This document shows, one piece after another, positions 18,168 to 27,581 of a stretch of 32,988 nt of DNA (positions are counted from its first letter, which is position 1; each line of letters opens with the position of its first letter). Both the position numbers and the translations under genes were made by a program. A model generated the notes under the pieces. That model had not been told where the DNA came from. It saw only the letters and a list, made by a program, of their open reading frames with translations, and ran no database searches. The DNA lies in the IMG/VR virus record IMGVR_UViG_3300016472_000107, positions 1-32,988 of that record; one strand, written 5' to 3'. Source of the DNA: a virus (taxonomy: Duplodnaviria > Caudoviricetes).

Positions 18168-19923
18168 CCAACTGCAGATAGCGATAGGCGCAGACGTTAG
18201 CGGCCTAGAAAAGGGCCTAGACAGGGCGCAGGCTGCGGTGGGGAAATTCGATGCATCGGTAAAAAAGTCGGTCGCAGCATCCGGGCAGGCGCAGCAAGCG
18301 TTGGTAAACCTAGGCCGTGTCGCATCTGACGCGCCGTTCGGCTTCATCGCCATTGCCAACAACATCGAACCGCTCATCCAGTCGTTCCAGTCGTTGGGCC
18401 GGCAGTCGGGCGGGCTTGGTGGGACGTTGAAAGCCTTGGGCGCGTCACTCGCCGGTCCTACAGGGTTACTGCTTGGCTTTAGTCTTGTCAGTTCAGCCAT
18501 CACGGTTGCCACGCAGAAATACGGCAGCCTTGGCAATGCGGTCAGCGCAATTTTCGGAGACTTCACCGAACTGGACAAAGCGGTAAGCGATGCTGCCAAG
18601 AGTTTGGATGAGTTCAATAAAAAGGCGCAGACATCCGTACAAATCAGCGAAGCCGCGGAAGGAAGTGTCGCGGGGCAAGTGGCATCGGTCAACGCCCTTG
18701 CAAAGATTGCCGGCGATCAGACCACTGCATATGAAAAGCGCAATGCCGCGCTGAAGGAACTGGCAAGTATCAATAAGGACTACTTTGGAAATCTACGCAT
18801 CGAAAACGGCCTAGTCGTTGGCCTCACTGATGCAGTGAATGGATATACGGCATCTGTTGTCGCAAGTGCAAAGGCAAAGGGCTTTGAACAGGCCATCTCG
18901 CAACTTGCGCCGCAGTTGAACGAACAGCTGCGGCTGCTTGAGGCCCTACGTACCGAACGTGACCGCATCGCTAAATTGCCCGCAAAGATTGTCGGTATAG
19001 CGGCAACGCGTGATCTGACGCAGCTAAACGAAGCGAATGCAGCCTATGAAAAGCAACGTCAAGTAGTCGAGGAACTGACCACGCGCGACAACGAACTACA
19101 GGCGGCACTAAACACGCTGACCGGCGAGTTTGTCCGGAACAAAGTCGCGGTCATTGCGAGTCAGGAAGCCACGACGGCCAAGACCGCAAATGATAAAGCC
19201 GCAGCCGCAGCGACGAAAGAATACGCCAAGGCCGAAGCCAAGCTAAATGCCGAGTTCGCAAGACGCGCAAAGGAGCGCGAAAGCCTAAGGGCTAAAGCCG
19301 GCCAAATCAGCGCGGTCGACATCTTCGCCAACCAACAGGCCGCCGAGCCGCAGATACAAAAGTCGATCAGCCTGCTTGACAAGTTGAAAGCGAAACTTGA
19401 CGAGACATTCGTAAAACCGCAAAGTCTTGTCCGGGCTGAAATTATTAGCGAACAACAAATCGAGTCGGCACGCGAAAGACTCTTGCAACTGCAGGAGTTC
19501 GCCACGCAAACAGCCAATCAGTTCCTGAACTACCTAGGCCCGTCGATTGATGCGGTCTTTAGTGCCATAGAAAGCGGCCAGGACCCCATTAAGGCCCTAG
19601 GCGAGAGCATCAAGCGTCTAGTCATTGACATTGCAAAGGCTGTCGTAAAAGCCGCCGTATTCGCTGCCATCGTGACCGCCATTTCGGGCGGCACTGTCCC
19701 CTTCGGTCAATCGTTTCAAGCCGGCCTAGGGTTCGCCGGTGGCGGGGGTGGCGGGTTCAGCCTTCCGCAGGTGGGCAGGTCTGCAGCTCCATCCTTCCAA
19801 TCAGGTGCCGGCATCGTAGGGGGTGGACTTAACCTCGCCGGTCAGGTGGTCTTCATCCAACGCGGCACGGACCTCGTCGGGGTCCTCAACGCCGGCAGCG
19901 CACGCATAAACCGGGTAGGCTGA
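18160..19923 (+). CDS. Tape measure protein
   Basis: IAIGADVSGL N-terminus, DAPFGFIAIANNI, Ala-rich helical sequence, hydrophobic segments; synteny. Confidence 0.85.
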   Translation: MADQLQIAIGADVSGLEKGLDRAQAAVGKFDASVKKSVAASGQAQQALVNLGRVASDAPFGFIAIANNIEPLIQSFQSLGRQSGGLGGTLKALGASLAGPTGLLLGFSLVSSAITVATQKYGSLGNAVSAIFGDFTELDKAVSDAAKSLDEFNKKAQTSVQISEAAEGSVAGQVASVNALAKIAGDQTTAYEKRNAALKELASINKDYFGNLRIENGLVVGLTDAVNGYTASVVASAKAKGFEQAISQLAPQLNEQLRLLEALRTERDRIAKLPAKIVGIAATRDLTQLNEANAAYEKQRQVVEELTTRDNELQAALNTLTGEFVRNKVAVIASQEATTAKTANDKAAAAATKEYAKAEAKLNAEFARRAKERESLRAKAGQISAVDIFANQQAAEPQIQKSISLLDKLKAKLDETFVKPQSLVRAEIISEQQIESARERLLQLQEFATQTANQFLNYLGPSIDAVFSAIESGQDPIKALGESIKRLVIDIAKAVVKAAVFAAIVTAISGGTVPFGQSFQAGLGFAGGGGGGFSLPQVGRSAAPSFQSGAGIVGGGLNLAGQVVFIQRGTDLVGVLNAGSARINRVG

Positions 19924-21941
19924 TGGGTGTGAAATATCGCATGGAGTGGACCAACGCGCAAGAGGATGTCTGCGTACTGTCGTTCATCGTAGATGATGAC
20001 TTTTACACCGGCGATCCCATCACCATATACGGCGGTCCGCGTCCCTTCGTGCTGTCCGAGTTTAACACCGACAACGATATTTTCAAACCGATCCGTCCGC
20101 AACAGGCCACGATTGAAGTCCTTGCAAGCATTAACGGCGTGGACATCGAGGACTTCATTATCGAATCGGATGACCGGGAAATGCAGGTCCGTTTCGATTT
20201 CGGCGCATTCACGGGCTATTGGTATGGTGTCCTATCACAGGAGGACATGCAGGAAACGTGGATTGCGCAAAATCATATCCTAACCTTACGCGCAGACGAA
20301 GGGTTTGGGTCCATGCGCACCATCCCGCTGAATGACGGCACTGGGGCCGTTCTACTCGGAACCTACACGCCATTTCAGCTCATACAATACGCATCGACAG
20401 AGACGGTGCAGACGTTTTTCAACTGCAACGTCATTTCCAATCTGTTCGATGATACGATGACCACTGCATCGACAGACACAGGCATCGACCAATGCACGAT
20501 CGACGCTAGGACATTTGAGACATCACCCGGTGTTTTCGAGGATTCATACACTGTCCTTGAAAAGATAAATAAGTCATGGTCACAGACACTGTTCCAATGG
20601 CAGGGCCAATGGTGGATAGTCCGTGTGGAAGACTTGTTCGTGCCACCGACTAGCAACATACGCGGGTTCCAAAACAACAAGCCAGTGGGCGGTCAGCGGG
20701 GGACGTTCAACACCCGGTGGATGATTGATGTGGGCTATAACGAACGCGTGAAGCCCATCATGCCGGAGATGCTCAAGACGCTGAATAAGCCGTCGAAGCA
20801 GACCACGATAAATTACGATTGGGAAGCATACGACCAGGTCGTATGCAATGAGGCGTTCAAGTACGGCACGCAACTAGGCACAACGGGGACCTATCCAAAT
20901 GAGACGTACCGGTATAGTGTGCTGAACTGGACCAAGCAACGCGGAACACTACAGACCCCCATTGCTGCAGGTGGAATCTTTGAACGTCGTGTGGTTTACC
21001 AAAACACGCAGATCAGCGATGAATATGTCATTATCGACACCGAAGCATCGCAGTCCACGTGGATGCGTTCATGCAATGTGTATGTCATCCAAGATGACCT
21101 TTTGAATTTCAGTCTGCAGTACAGTCCACAATCCAACTATGGCTTCACGCGTGTCGATGCAATACTTGGTGTGTTGTTGTATGGAAATGACTCTACCTAC
21201 TGGACACTGGACGAAGATGGGAAATGGTATCAATCCAATGCGTCATGGACTGTAAACGTGCGCACTATTCAAGTCACTGTAGAATCGGGGACCGGCGCCG
21301 ATTGGTTTGACTTTGAACTAGACTCAACTTTGCCACGGTCGGGGTATATCAATTTCCTTTTATACAAGGACAACACAAGCCCGGTCAGCACTATCGCATT
21401 CCGCAACCTAAACGTCAACATAGATCCGAAGATTCAAAAGTTCCGCAGAAAGAAAATCCTAGGCGATTTCGACCGCTACACGATTTTGCCGGTCATCAAA
21501 AAGAACTTTGATGACCAAATATGGATGGATGATGCGGAAAGTGCGAACTACAAAGGGGCAATCTTTGAAACCGATGGCATCACGCTGACACAGGGTACAT
21601 GGTTCCGGCGCAGATACAACACCGAGTCGTTTACGTTCAAACGCCAAAACGCCATAGCCAATTGGTGGGTAAACCGAAAGTATCGGACACGCCTTGAATG
21701 TAACTTTTATGGGCTAAAATGGGAGCGTTCGGGTAGTGTATTACCCATTGGGATGATAAACACCATCAACTTCGTGGATGATGCACCGACGAAAACTTTT
21801 TGGATTGCCAACCTAAAAGAAGTCGACTTCATGGCATGCACATGGCAGGCCAACCTTGTCGAGATATGGGACACGACGACCGACGAAGACGTCGAACCAA
21901 CGGCCAATGACGTACATTTGAACGACTATTATTACGAGTAA
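19923..21941 (+). CDS. Tail tip / baseplate hub-like structural protein
   Basis: 672 aa, aromatic/beta-rich, follows tape measure with TGATG coupling. Confidence 0.6.
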   Translation: MGVKYRMEWTNAQEDVCVLSFIVDDDFYTGDPITIYGGPRPFVLSEFNTDNDIFKPIRPQQATIEVLASINGVDIEDFIIESDDREMQVRFDFGAFTGYWYGVLSQEDMQETWIAQNHILTLRADEGFGSMRTIPLNDGTGAVLLGTYTPFQLIQYASTETVQTFFNCNVISNLFDDTMTTASTDTGIDQCTIDARTFETSPGVFEDSYTVLEKINKSWSQTLFQWQGQWWIVRVEDLFVPPTSNIRGFQNNKPVGGQRGTFNTRWMIDVGYNERVKPIMPEMLKTLNKPSKQTTINYDWEAYDQVVCNEAFKYGTQLGTTGTYPNETYRYSVLNWTKQRGTLQTPIAAGGIFERRVVYQNTQISDEYVIIDTEASQSTWMRSCNVYVIQDDLLNFSLQYSPQSNYGFTRVDAILGVLLYGNDSTYWTLDEDGKWYQSNASWTVNVRTIQVTVESGTGADWFDFELDSTLPRSGYINFLLYKDNTSPVSTIAFRNLNVNIDPKIQKFRRKKILGDFDRYTILPVIKKNFDDQIWMDDAESANYKGAIFETDGITLTQGTWFRRRYNTESFTFKRQNAIANWWVNRKYRTRLECNFYGLKWERSGSVLPIGMINTINFVDDAPTKTFWIANLKEVDFMACTWQANLVEIWDTTTDEDVEPTANDVHLNDYYYE

Positions 21942-22618
21942 TGCCGGACGCAGTAAAAGGTGACGGGGTGATATTTTACGCGAAGCTAGGCACGACATTT
22001 TACCCATTCGCGTGCGCCAAGGACGTCACCATCACGCACACCACGGACAAGATTGAACTGGCACCATACACCTCAGGTAAATGGCGGTCTTATATCTACG
22101 GACGCACCACCGGCACCATCAGCAGCAACGGCGTCATCAAGGTCATACCCGACAGCGGAAAGAACGGCATCTTTGACCTGTTGGACTCGATGAAGGAACA
22201 CTTTATCATTCTGACCAAATACACTGTCCAAGACCCGCAAGGCAACAGCAAGACATACGAGGTGCCGTGCCTTATCGATGAGATTAGCATGACAGGTGCC
22301 ATTGGCAGCCTTGCCACCTATTCCTTTACGCTCACGATGAACGGAGACCCGTCGTTCGATCAGGTAGTGGTGAACACGCCACTGACCGACGTGGACAGTT
22401 GGGGATACACCGCAACAGGTGGCGAGACCACCATATCCGACCCCGTGATTTTGGGGGTCGATGTACTTGACGTGCGCAGGAACGGCATCGGCCTAGAGGT
22501 CATTACGGCAGGAGTTCCGACCGGCTCGCAGGTCAAGTACAGCAGCGGCGTGGGGTCTCTTGAATTTGGGATGGCCTTGGGTGCCGGGGAGTGGATACTA
22601 ACCATCTACGTGGACTGA
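21941..22618 (+). CDS. Tail-tube-fold-like minor tail protein with C-terminal small beta domain
   Basis: FACAK.VTI...IE......GKWRSYI.G...ATYSFTL..NG tube-like pattern. Confidence 0.6.
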   Translation: MPDAVKGDGVIFYAKLGTTFYPFACAKDVTITHTTDKIELAPYTSGKWRSYIYGRTTGTISSNGVIKVIPDSGKNGIFDLLDSMKEHFIILTKYTVQDPQGNSKTYEVPCLIDEISMTGAIGSLATYSFTLTMNGDPSFDQVVVNTPLTDVDSWGYTATGGETTISDPVILGVDVLDVRRNGIGLEVITAGVPTGSQVKYSSGVGSLEFGMALGAGEWILTIYVD

Positions 22619-23445
22619 TGTACGGAAGCAGGACATACACCGTGGTGGCGCAGCAGCCTTACATTGACGTGGTAGGCATTGTCGCAGGTGATGTCATTAT
22701 CGTTGACCGTAACGGCATCGGCTTGAAGCACACTACAACTTTTGGCGGTACCCAGACGCAGAATGTGTACACCTATGAATGGTATGGCGTCCGTCTTGGG
22801 TCATTGTCATCCGGGAATTACATTATCAGCATTTACAACAGCCTTTCAGGCGGCAATCGTGAAATCTTGTATGAGTTCGGACCTACGCCAACAGTAGGAA
22901 GCACGTACAGCGTCTATTACGGGTCCACCATCGCCAAATATCGGGTGCAATCGGGTGATAACACTGCCGCGGTCCGTAACGGCCTAAAATCGGCCATAGA
23001 TGCCGCCACATGGGGAACCACAATCACGACAACTTCCGTATCAACCAACAGGCTGCGCGTAAACATCACAGGAAGCACTGTCAACTTGACCACACAGCTT
23101 GGCACAGAGAAGTACAAGAAAGGCCGTTACACGACTATCAGCGGGGTCAATTATATCATCATTGAACAGGAAGCGGCAACGGCATATCCTAGCCTGCCTG
23201 CGGTTGCTGCGTCCTATGCGTTCACGTCCTTGATACCCATCACGGGAACAGTTGAGCAATACGTGTCAGAACCACTGACGGCATACACTTATACGGATAG
23301 CCTTACCACTACAACTAACATCACAGGCATCCCGGTGGTAACAGCGGTAACCCCTGGCGAATGTGTCGTGGATGAGTCGGCACAGCGGGTTTGGTTCGAT
23401 GGGGATTTGAACTTCGGGGAAATCATCAAAATCTTTCAGAAATGA
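22618..23445 (+). CDS. Putative tail structural protein
   Basis: Thr/Tyr-rich; shares RNGIGL motif with preceding gene; TGATG coupling. Confidence 0.6.
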   Translation: MYGSRTYTVVAQQPYIDVVGIVAGDVIIVDRNGIGLKHTTTFGGTQTQNVYTYEWYGVRLGSLSSGNYIISIYNSLSGGNREILYEFGPTPTVGSTYSVYYGSTIAKYRVQSGDNTAAVRNGLKSAIDAATWGTTITTTSVSTNRLRVNITGSTVNLTTQLGTEKYKKGRYTTISGVNYIIIEQEAATAYPSLPAVAASYAFTSLIPITGTVEQYVSEPLTAYTYTDSLTTTTNITGIPVVTAVTPGECVVDESAQRVWFDGDLNFGEIIKIFQK

Positions 23446-25649
23446 AGCGCATCATACTTTGTCTATCACTTTTCGTGGTTTTTGGGTCACAAGCGCAGCA
23501 GATCAACCCTGTCCCTGACTACGTCTTCCGGAACCAAATGTCCGTGGGCCGCAACGCCGTGACGGACACTGCGGCGTACATATCTATCGGGCCGCGTTAC
23601 GGGGCCAACAAGGGCCTGATGCCGCCGATCGTGTCTGACACCGCAGCCATCACGGGCGTGAAGCGCAACGGCCTGCTAATCTTCAGCGTGCAGCGCAACA
23701 ACTTCCAATACTGGGATAGCATAAACAGCAGGTGGACAAGCGTCACGGCAAATGTTGACACGACCGTCATCTCCACCCGCGCATGGCGCAAGAAAGGCGA
23801 TGACAGCCTCGGCGCGGTCATAGCGACCCGGACAGATACAACGCTACTTTCCACCCGTGCATGGCGTAAGAAAGGCGACGACAGTCTCGGCGCGGTCATT
23901 GCGACCCGGACAGATACGACGCTACTTTCCACACGCGCGTGGCGGCAGAAGGGCCTTGACTCACTCGCGGCGATTGAGATTGACGGAAGCGGTACAGTAA
24001 ACTATGTGCCGAAGTTTACGGCCACGCGGACGCTAGGGAATTCTGTTATATTTGAAAGTGGCGGTCAGACTTCAATAGGCAGTACTTCATCCGACCCATT
24101 TGCGAGAAACGATGACCGACGTGTAGCAATTGATGCAAGTGGCATTTCATCTACTGCTAATCTAGCCCTGTCCCTCAATGCTGGCGCTTCGTCAGGTCGT
24201 GGCGCACAAGTATTGCTAGGCGGGGGGGGCACACGGTGGTCTGAATTTACATCAAATGCGAGCGAGAGCAGATTTACGGTTCTTGCCAATACGCCATTTG
24301 CTATTTCAACCAACAACACCGAACGCCTCCGCATCTTCGCCAACGGCCGCGTAGGCATCAACACCACGACAGACGCGGGGTATCAGTTCGACGTGGCGGG
24401 GTCGATAAGGAATACGACGGGGGCGGCGTTTGCGACGAGTAGCGGGTCGGTTGGCATCGGCACCACCTCTCCATCAGAAGCCCTGCATGTCGTAGGTCGC
24501 GGCAGATTCACCACCATCGACAGCACATCTTCCCCAATCAACGTACTGACCTCCGACGTCAACGGCGTCATCCGCAAGACCGCGCCGGGCGTGCTGGGGA
24601 GTGGGACAACGAACAGAGTGGCGAAGTTCACGGCGAGCGGCACGGTGGGGAATAGTAGCATCGCGGATAGTGCATCAAGTGTTGCGGTGACGATAAATGC
24701 AAGTAACAATGTTGGAATAGGCGTAAGTACACCAACGGCGCGAGTTCACATACAGGGCAGCACATCGTCTAATCTTTTGCGGGTTCAAGGCACAGGACCT
24801 CAAACAATTTTTGAAACGGGTTCGGCATCTGATGGACGATTAGAGTTCAACTATAACTCTACGAGAAAAGGACTTTTGAACATAGATGCAGACAATATAC
24901 GATTACAAGCTGATGCAGGTAGTTATTTAGATTTTTGGACCGGCGGCGCACAAAGACTGCGAAGTACATCTGACGGAGAAATACTCATCAACACCACCAC
25001 AGACGTCGGAGACTACCGCCTACAAGTCAACGGCAACGCGAACTTCCGCGATGACGTTTTAATCGACACCAACCTGCGTGTCAATCGTCACATATCCCTC
25101 GACCAAACCCCGAAGGCGTGGGCCTTAGGTAACGCCATCGAAGGGCCGCAAGGCTCGGCGCTGTTCGTCGCAGGTGGCAGCGTGCAGACCCTCGCGAACA
25201 TCTATTACGACGGGTCGTATAAATACAGCACGTCGAACCCGGGCGCGGCTATGTTCCTGCTGCAATCCGGCATAACCTTCGCCACCTACGGAAGCGGCAC
25301 GGCTAACGGCGCATTGACTGGGGCTAACGAGATGATTTACGCTGGCGGTGAACTGCGCGTGGGCATCGCTGACCAAGGCACGTTCAAACTGCAGGTAGCC
25401 GACAAGTCCTATTTCGCAGACGAAGTACAAATCGCATCCACCACCGACCTGGGCAACTATAAGCTGCAGGTGACGGGCGAAGCCATTATCACGGCAGGTA
25501 TCCGCACGGATGCACCATCGGGCGGCACGGCGGCTACGTGGAAGCTAGGCACAGTGGCCACAGTCTCGCCGACATCACCCAACCGCACGATAGAGGTTGA
25601 GATAGGCGGCACTACTTACTACATACACGCGAAGACCACGAACAACTAA
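23442..25649 (+). CDS. Tail-fibre-like repeat protein with N-terminal Sec signal peptide
   Basis: MKRIILCLSLFVVFGSQA|QQ; repeated G.VGIGTT.P / TTD.G.Y.LQV.G fibre motifs; ATGA coupling fixes the start at 23442. Confidence 0.8.
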   Translation: MKRIILCLSLFVVFGSQAQQINPVPDYVFRNQMSVGRNAVTDTAAYISIGPRYGANKGLMPPIVSDTAAITGVKRNGLLIFSVQRNNFQYWDSINSRWTSVTANVDTTVISTRAWRKKGDDSLGAVIATRTDTTLLSTRAWRKKGDDSLGAVIATRTDTTLLSTRAWRQKGLDSLAAIEIDGSGTVNYVPKFTATRTLGNSVIFESGGQTSIGSTSSDPFARNDDRRVAIDASGISSTANLALSLNAGASSGRGAQVLLGGGGTRWSEFTSNASESRFTVLANTPFAISTNNTERLRIFANGRVGINTTTDAGYQFDVAGSIRNTTGAAFATSSGSVGIGTTSPSEALHVVGRGRFTTIDSTSSPINVLTSDVNGVIRKTAPGVLGSGTTNRVAKFTASGTVGNSSIADSASSVAVTINASNNVGIGVSTPTARVHIQGSTSSNLLRVQGTGPQTIFETGSASDGRLEFNYNSTRKGLLNIDADNIRLQADAGSYLDFWTGGAQRLRSTSDGEILINTTTDVGDYRLQVNGNANFRDDVLIDTNLRVNRHISLDQTPKAWALGNAIEGPQGSALFVAGGSVQTLANIYYDGSYKYSTSNPGAAMFLLQSGITFATYGSGTANGALTGANEMIYAGGELRVGIADQGTFKLQVADKSYFADEVQIASTTDLGNYKLQVTGEAIITAGIRTDAPSGGTAATWKLGTVATVSPTSPNRTIEVEIGGTTYYIHAKTTNN
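23757..23972 (+). repeat. 78-bp (26-aa) tandem repeat, ~2.8 copies, within fibre gene
   Basis: DTT(V/L)(I/L)STRAWRKKGDDSLGAVIATRT units start at 23757, 23835, 23913. Confidence 0.95.
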
Positions 25650-25658
25650 ACCATAAAC

Positions 25659-25874
25659 ATGATACGAACACTCGCCACCATCGCGGCCATCTGCTTGACA
25701 TCCTACCAACCTACGCCGCCCAAGTCATTCACCATCGAACTGACGCCGGAAGAAGTGCAGACAGTGTACGACGCGCTCGGAGAACTTCCGGCAAAGAAAG
25801 TCGAGGTCATCAGGCTTAAAATTGTGCAGCAAGTAAACAAGCAAAACGAACAATCTAAAACCGATAAAAAATGA
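25659..25874 (+). CDS. Small fibre-associated helical protein with signal-like N-terminus
   Basis: MIRTLATIAAICLTS then IELTPEEVQTVYDALGELPAK, a pattern I recall downstream of phage fibre genes. Confidence 0.65.
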   Translation: MIRTLATIAAICLTSYQPTPPKSFTIELTPEEVQTVYDALGELPAKKVEVIRLKIVQQVNKQNEQSKTDKK

Positions 25875-26269
25875 AGTACGTAACACTCATCGCCATGCTC
25901 GCCATCACCTTCGGCGCCGAAGCGCAGGACAGCACGAAGCGGCCCATCCCGGTCCAGAAGTTCAAGATGTGGTTCCAAGGTCAACTCATCGACGCAGACG
26001 ATGTCGACGTGGACTGCGTGCAGGATGACCTTGCCACCTTCGCCCGGTTCTACTACGTCATCAAGGATAGCACGGGCAAGCAGCTTGCCTCCGGGAACCT
26101 TGAGATGCGCGGGGCCGATTATCAGCGGTACTCTACGCTGAACAACCACGCAGATCGCGGCACGAACTGGGTGCTGCAGCAACTGAACCTGCAACGCCGT
26201 CAGCAGCAGGCCGCGCAGCGTGCAGCAGCCCAAGCCGCCGCGACGTCCGGTACGACTAGCAAGCAGTGA
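25871..26269 (+). CDS. Fibre-associated protein with Sec signal peptide
   Basis: MKYVTLIAMLAITFGAEA|QD; core DDL...A.FYY....LA.GNL.M.G.DY......W...QLNL. Confidence 0.75.
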   Translation: MKYVTLIAMLAITFGAEAQDSTKRPIPVQKFKMWFQGQLIDADDVDVDCVQDDLATFARFYYVIKDSTGKQLASGNLEMRGADYQRYSTLNNHADRGTNWVLQQLNLQRRQQQAAQRAAAQAAATSGTTSKQ

Positions 26270-26270
26270 C

Positions 26271-26279
26271 GTAACTTAG
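26271..26279 (+). promoter_or_regulatory. Possible second late promoter
   Basis: GTAACTTAG ends 4 nt before ATG 26284, the same geometry as GTAACTTTG before terS. Confidence 0.4.
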
Positions 26280-26283
26280 CAGC

Positions 26284-26625
26284 ATGAACGAACCCGGCAT
26301 CCTCGCCCTTACAGCCTACCGGAACGACTCGTTTCAAAACACCATCACGGTGACGGACGGGTCGAACGTAGCAATATCCCTGGCCACCGCGGACGTCAAG
26401 ATGCAAATACGCACTCGGCCCGATGGGGATGTGAAGATGACACTGACCGAAGGCGATGGCATCACCGTGGGCGGAGCCGGCAACAACGTCATCACAATCA
26501 GCCGCATCATGAACATCGACCAAGGCGGTCGGTATTACTACGATTTGCAGGCGGCCTTTGCTGATGGCACAGTGCAGACATACCTTCGCGGCCCGTTCGT
26601 ACTAATCGAAGACATCACTTTATGA
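26284..26625 (+). CDS. BppU-N-like / fibre adaptor Ig-fold protein
   Basis: RNDSF...KMQIR...YYYDLQ......V.TYL.G.F....D.T pattern. Confidence 0.65.
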   Translation: MNEPGILALTAYRNDSFQNTITVTDGSNVAISLATADVKMQIRTRPDGDVKMTLTEGDGITVGGAGNNVITISRIMNIDQGGRYYYDLQAAFADGTVQTYLRGPFVLIEDITL

Positions 26626-27131
26626 GCCAGGTAAACGTCACATCGACCCCGTCGACCACCCACGTAATGGTCGGAAATCCGATGTATTACGGGTCGTTCT
26701 ACGACACGACGGACCAGACGAACGCCGGGGCCACGTCAGTGAACAAGATGACGCTGAACACGACGGACCTGGCCAATGGCGTGTCAATCGTCAGCAACAG
26801 CCGCATCACCATTGCCAATACCGGTATTTACAATCTGCAATTTTCGGCGCAGGTGTTCAAGACCTCCGGCGGCACGTCAAAGATTGACATTTGGCTGTGC
26901 AAAAACGGCAGCAATGTGGCGAACACAAACACGGAACTGCAGCTTGATGGCAACAATCACGGTACTGTGGCCGCGTGGAATTTCTTTGTGAATGCTGTCG
27001 CCGGCGATTACTTTGAACTTTGTTGGTCATCTGCTGATACCTCCGTAAGACTTGACTACACCGCCGCACAGAGCAGCCCGACACGGCCTGCCATTCCTTC
27101 GCTAATTGTAACTGTTCAAAAGATAGGATAA
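26622..27131 (+). CDS. C1q/TNF (BclA C-terminal)-like trimeric head protein, candidate receptor-binding or decoration protein
   Basis: YGSFYDTTDQ...ITIANTGIYNLQFSAQ...IWL.KNG...AWNFFV...GDYFEL. Confidence 0.7.
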   Translation: MSQVNVTSTPSTTHVMVGNPMYYGSFYDTTDQTNAGATSVNKMTLNTTDLANGVSIVSNSRITIANTGIYNLQFSAQVFKTSGGTSKIDIWLCKNGSNVANTNTELQLDGNNHGTVAAWNFFVNAVAGDYFELCWSSADTSVRLDYTAAQSSPTRPAIPSLIVTVQKIG

Positions 27132-27341
27132 ATGAACATCGAAGTGATCATGTGGGCTGTAGGTACAATCGGTGTATTGATTGGTATTTATATCCGCATG
27201 GAACTGAAGTTGAAGGAACTGGACGTGCGGGTACATAGCCTCGAGCAGACCGACAAGGCGATGAACGTCAAACTTGACCGCATCATTGATGCCATACAGG
27301 ACGTGAAATTGGAACTAAGAGACAAACAGGACCGCCAATAA
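27132..27341 (+). CDS. Small membrane protein (one TM plus coiled coil), lysis-region
   Basis: VIMWAVGTIGVLIGIYI then heptad LKELDVRVHSLE...KLDRI. Confidence 0.65.
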   Translation: MNIEVIMWAVGTIGVLIGIYIRMELKLKELDVRVHSLEQTDKAMNVKLDRIIDAIQDVKLELRDKQDRQ

Positions 27342-27353
27342 AAATCAAAACAT

Positions 27354-27581
27354 ATGAGCAACTTCGGCAAACTCAATCTGAACGACTTTTGGAAGGGCGC
27401 CCTTGTCGCCGTCTTCGCATCTGTTCTCGCAAGCCTTGGGACCATCCTCGAAGCCGGCGCACTGCCGACCGTAGCTGAGTGGTGGACCATTGCAAAGGTG
27501 GCCGGCTCCGCCTTACTTGGCTACCTGACCAAGAACCTGTTCACGAACAGCGCAGGTCAACCCCTGAAGCCGGAAGCATGA
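27354..27581 (+). CDS. Holin (two predicted TMs)
   Basis: DFWKGALVAVFASVLASLG and IAKVAGSALLGYL.KNL.TN; next to spanin-like gene. Confidence 0.7.
   Translation: MSNFGKLNLNDFWKGALVAVFASVLASLGTILEAGALPTVAEWWTIAKVAGSALLGYLTKNLFTNSAGQPLKPEA

Noticed and set aside
23757-23972. DGR template/variable repeat
   Set aside because: No reverse transcriptase; differences are mostly synonymous and not adenine-specific
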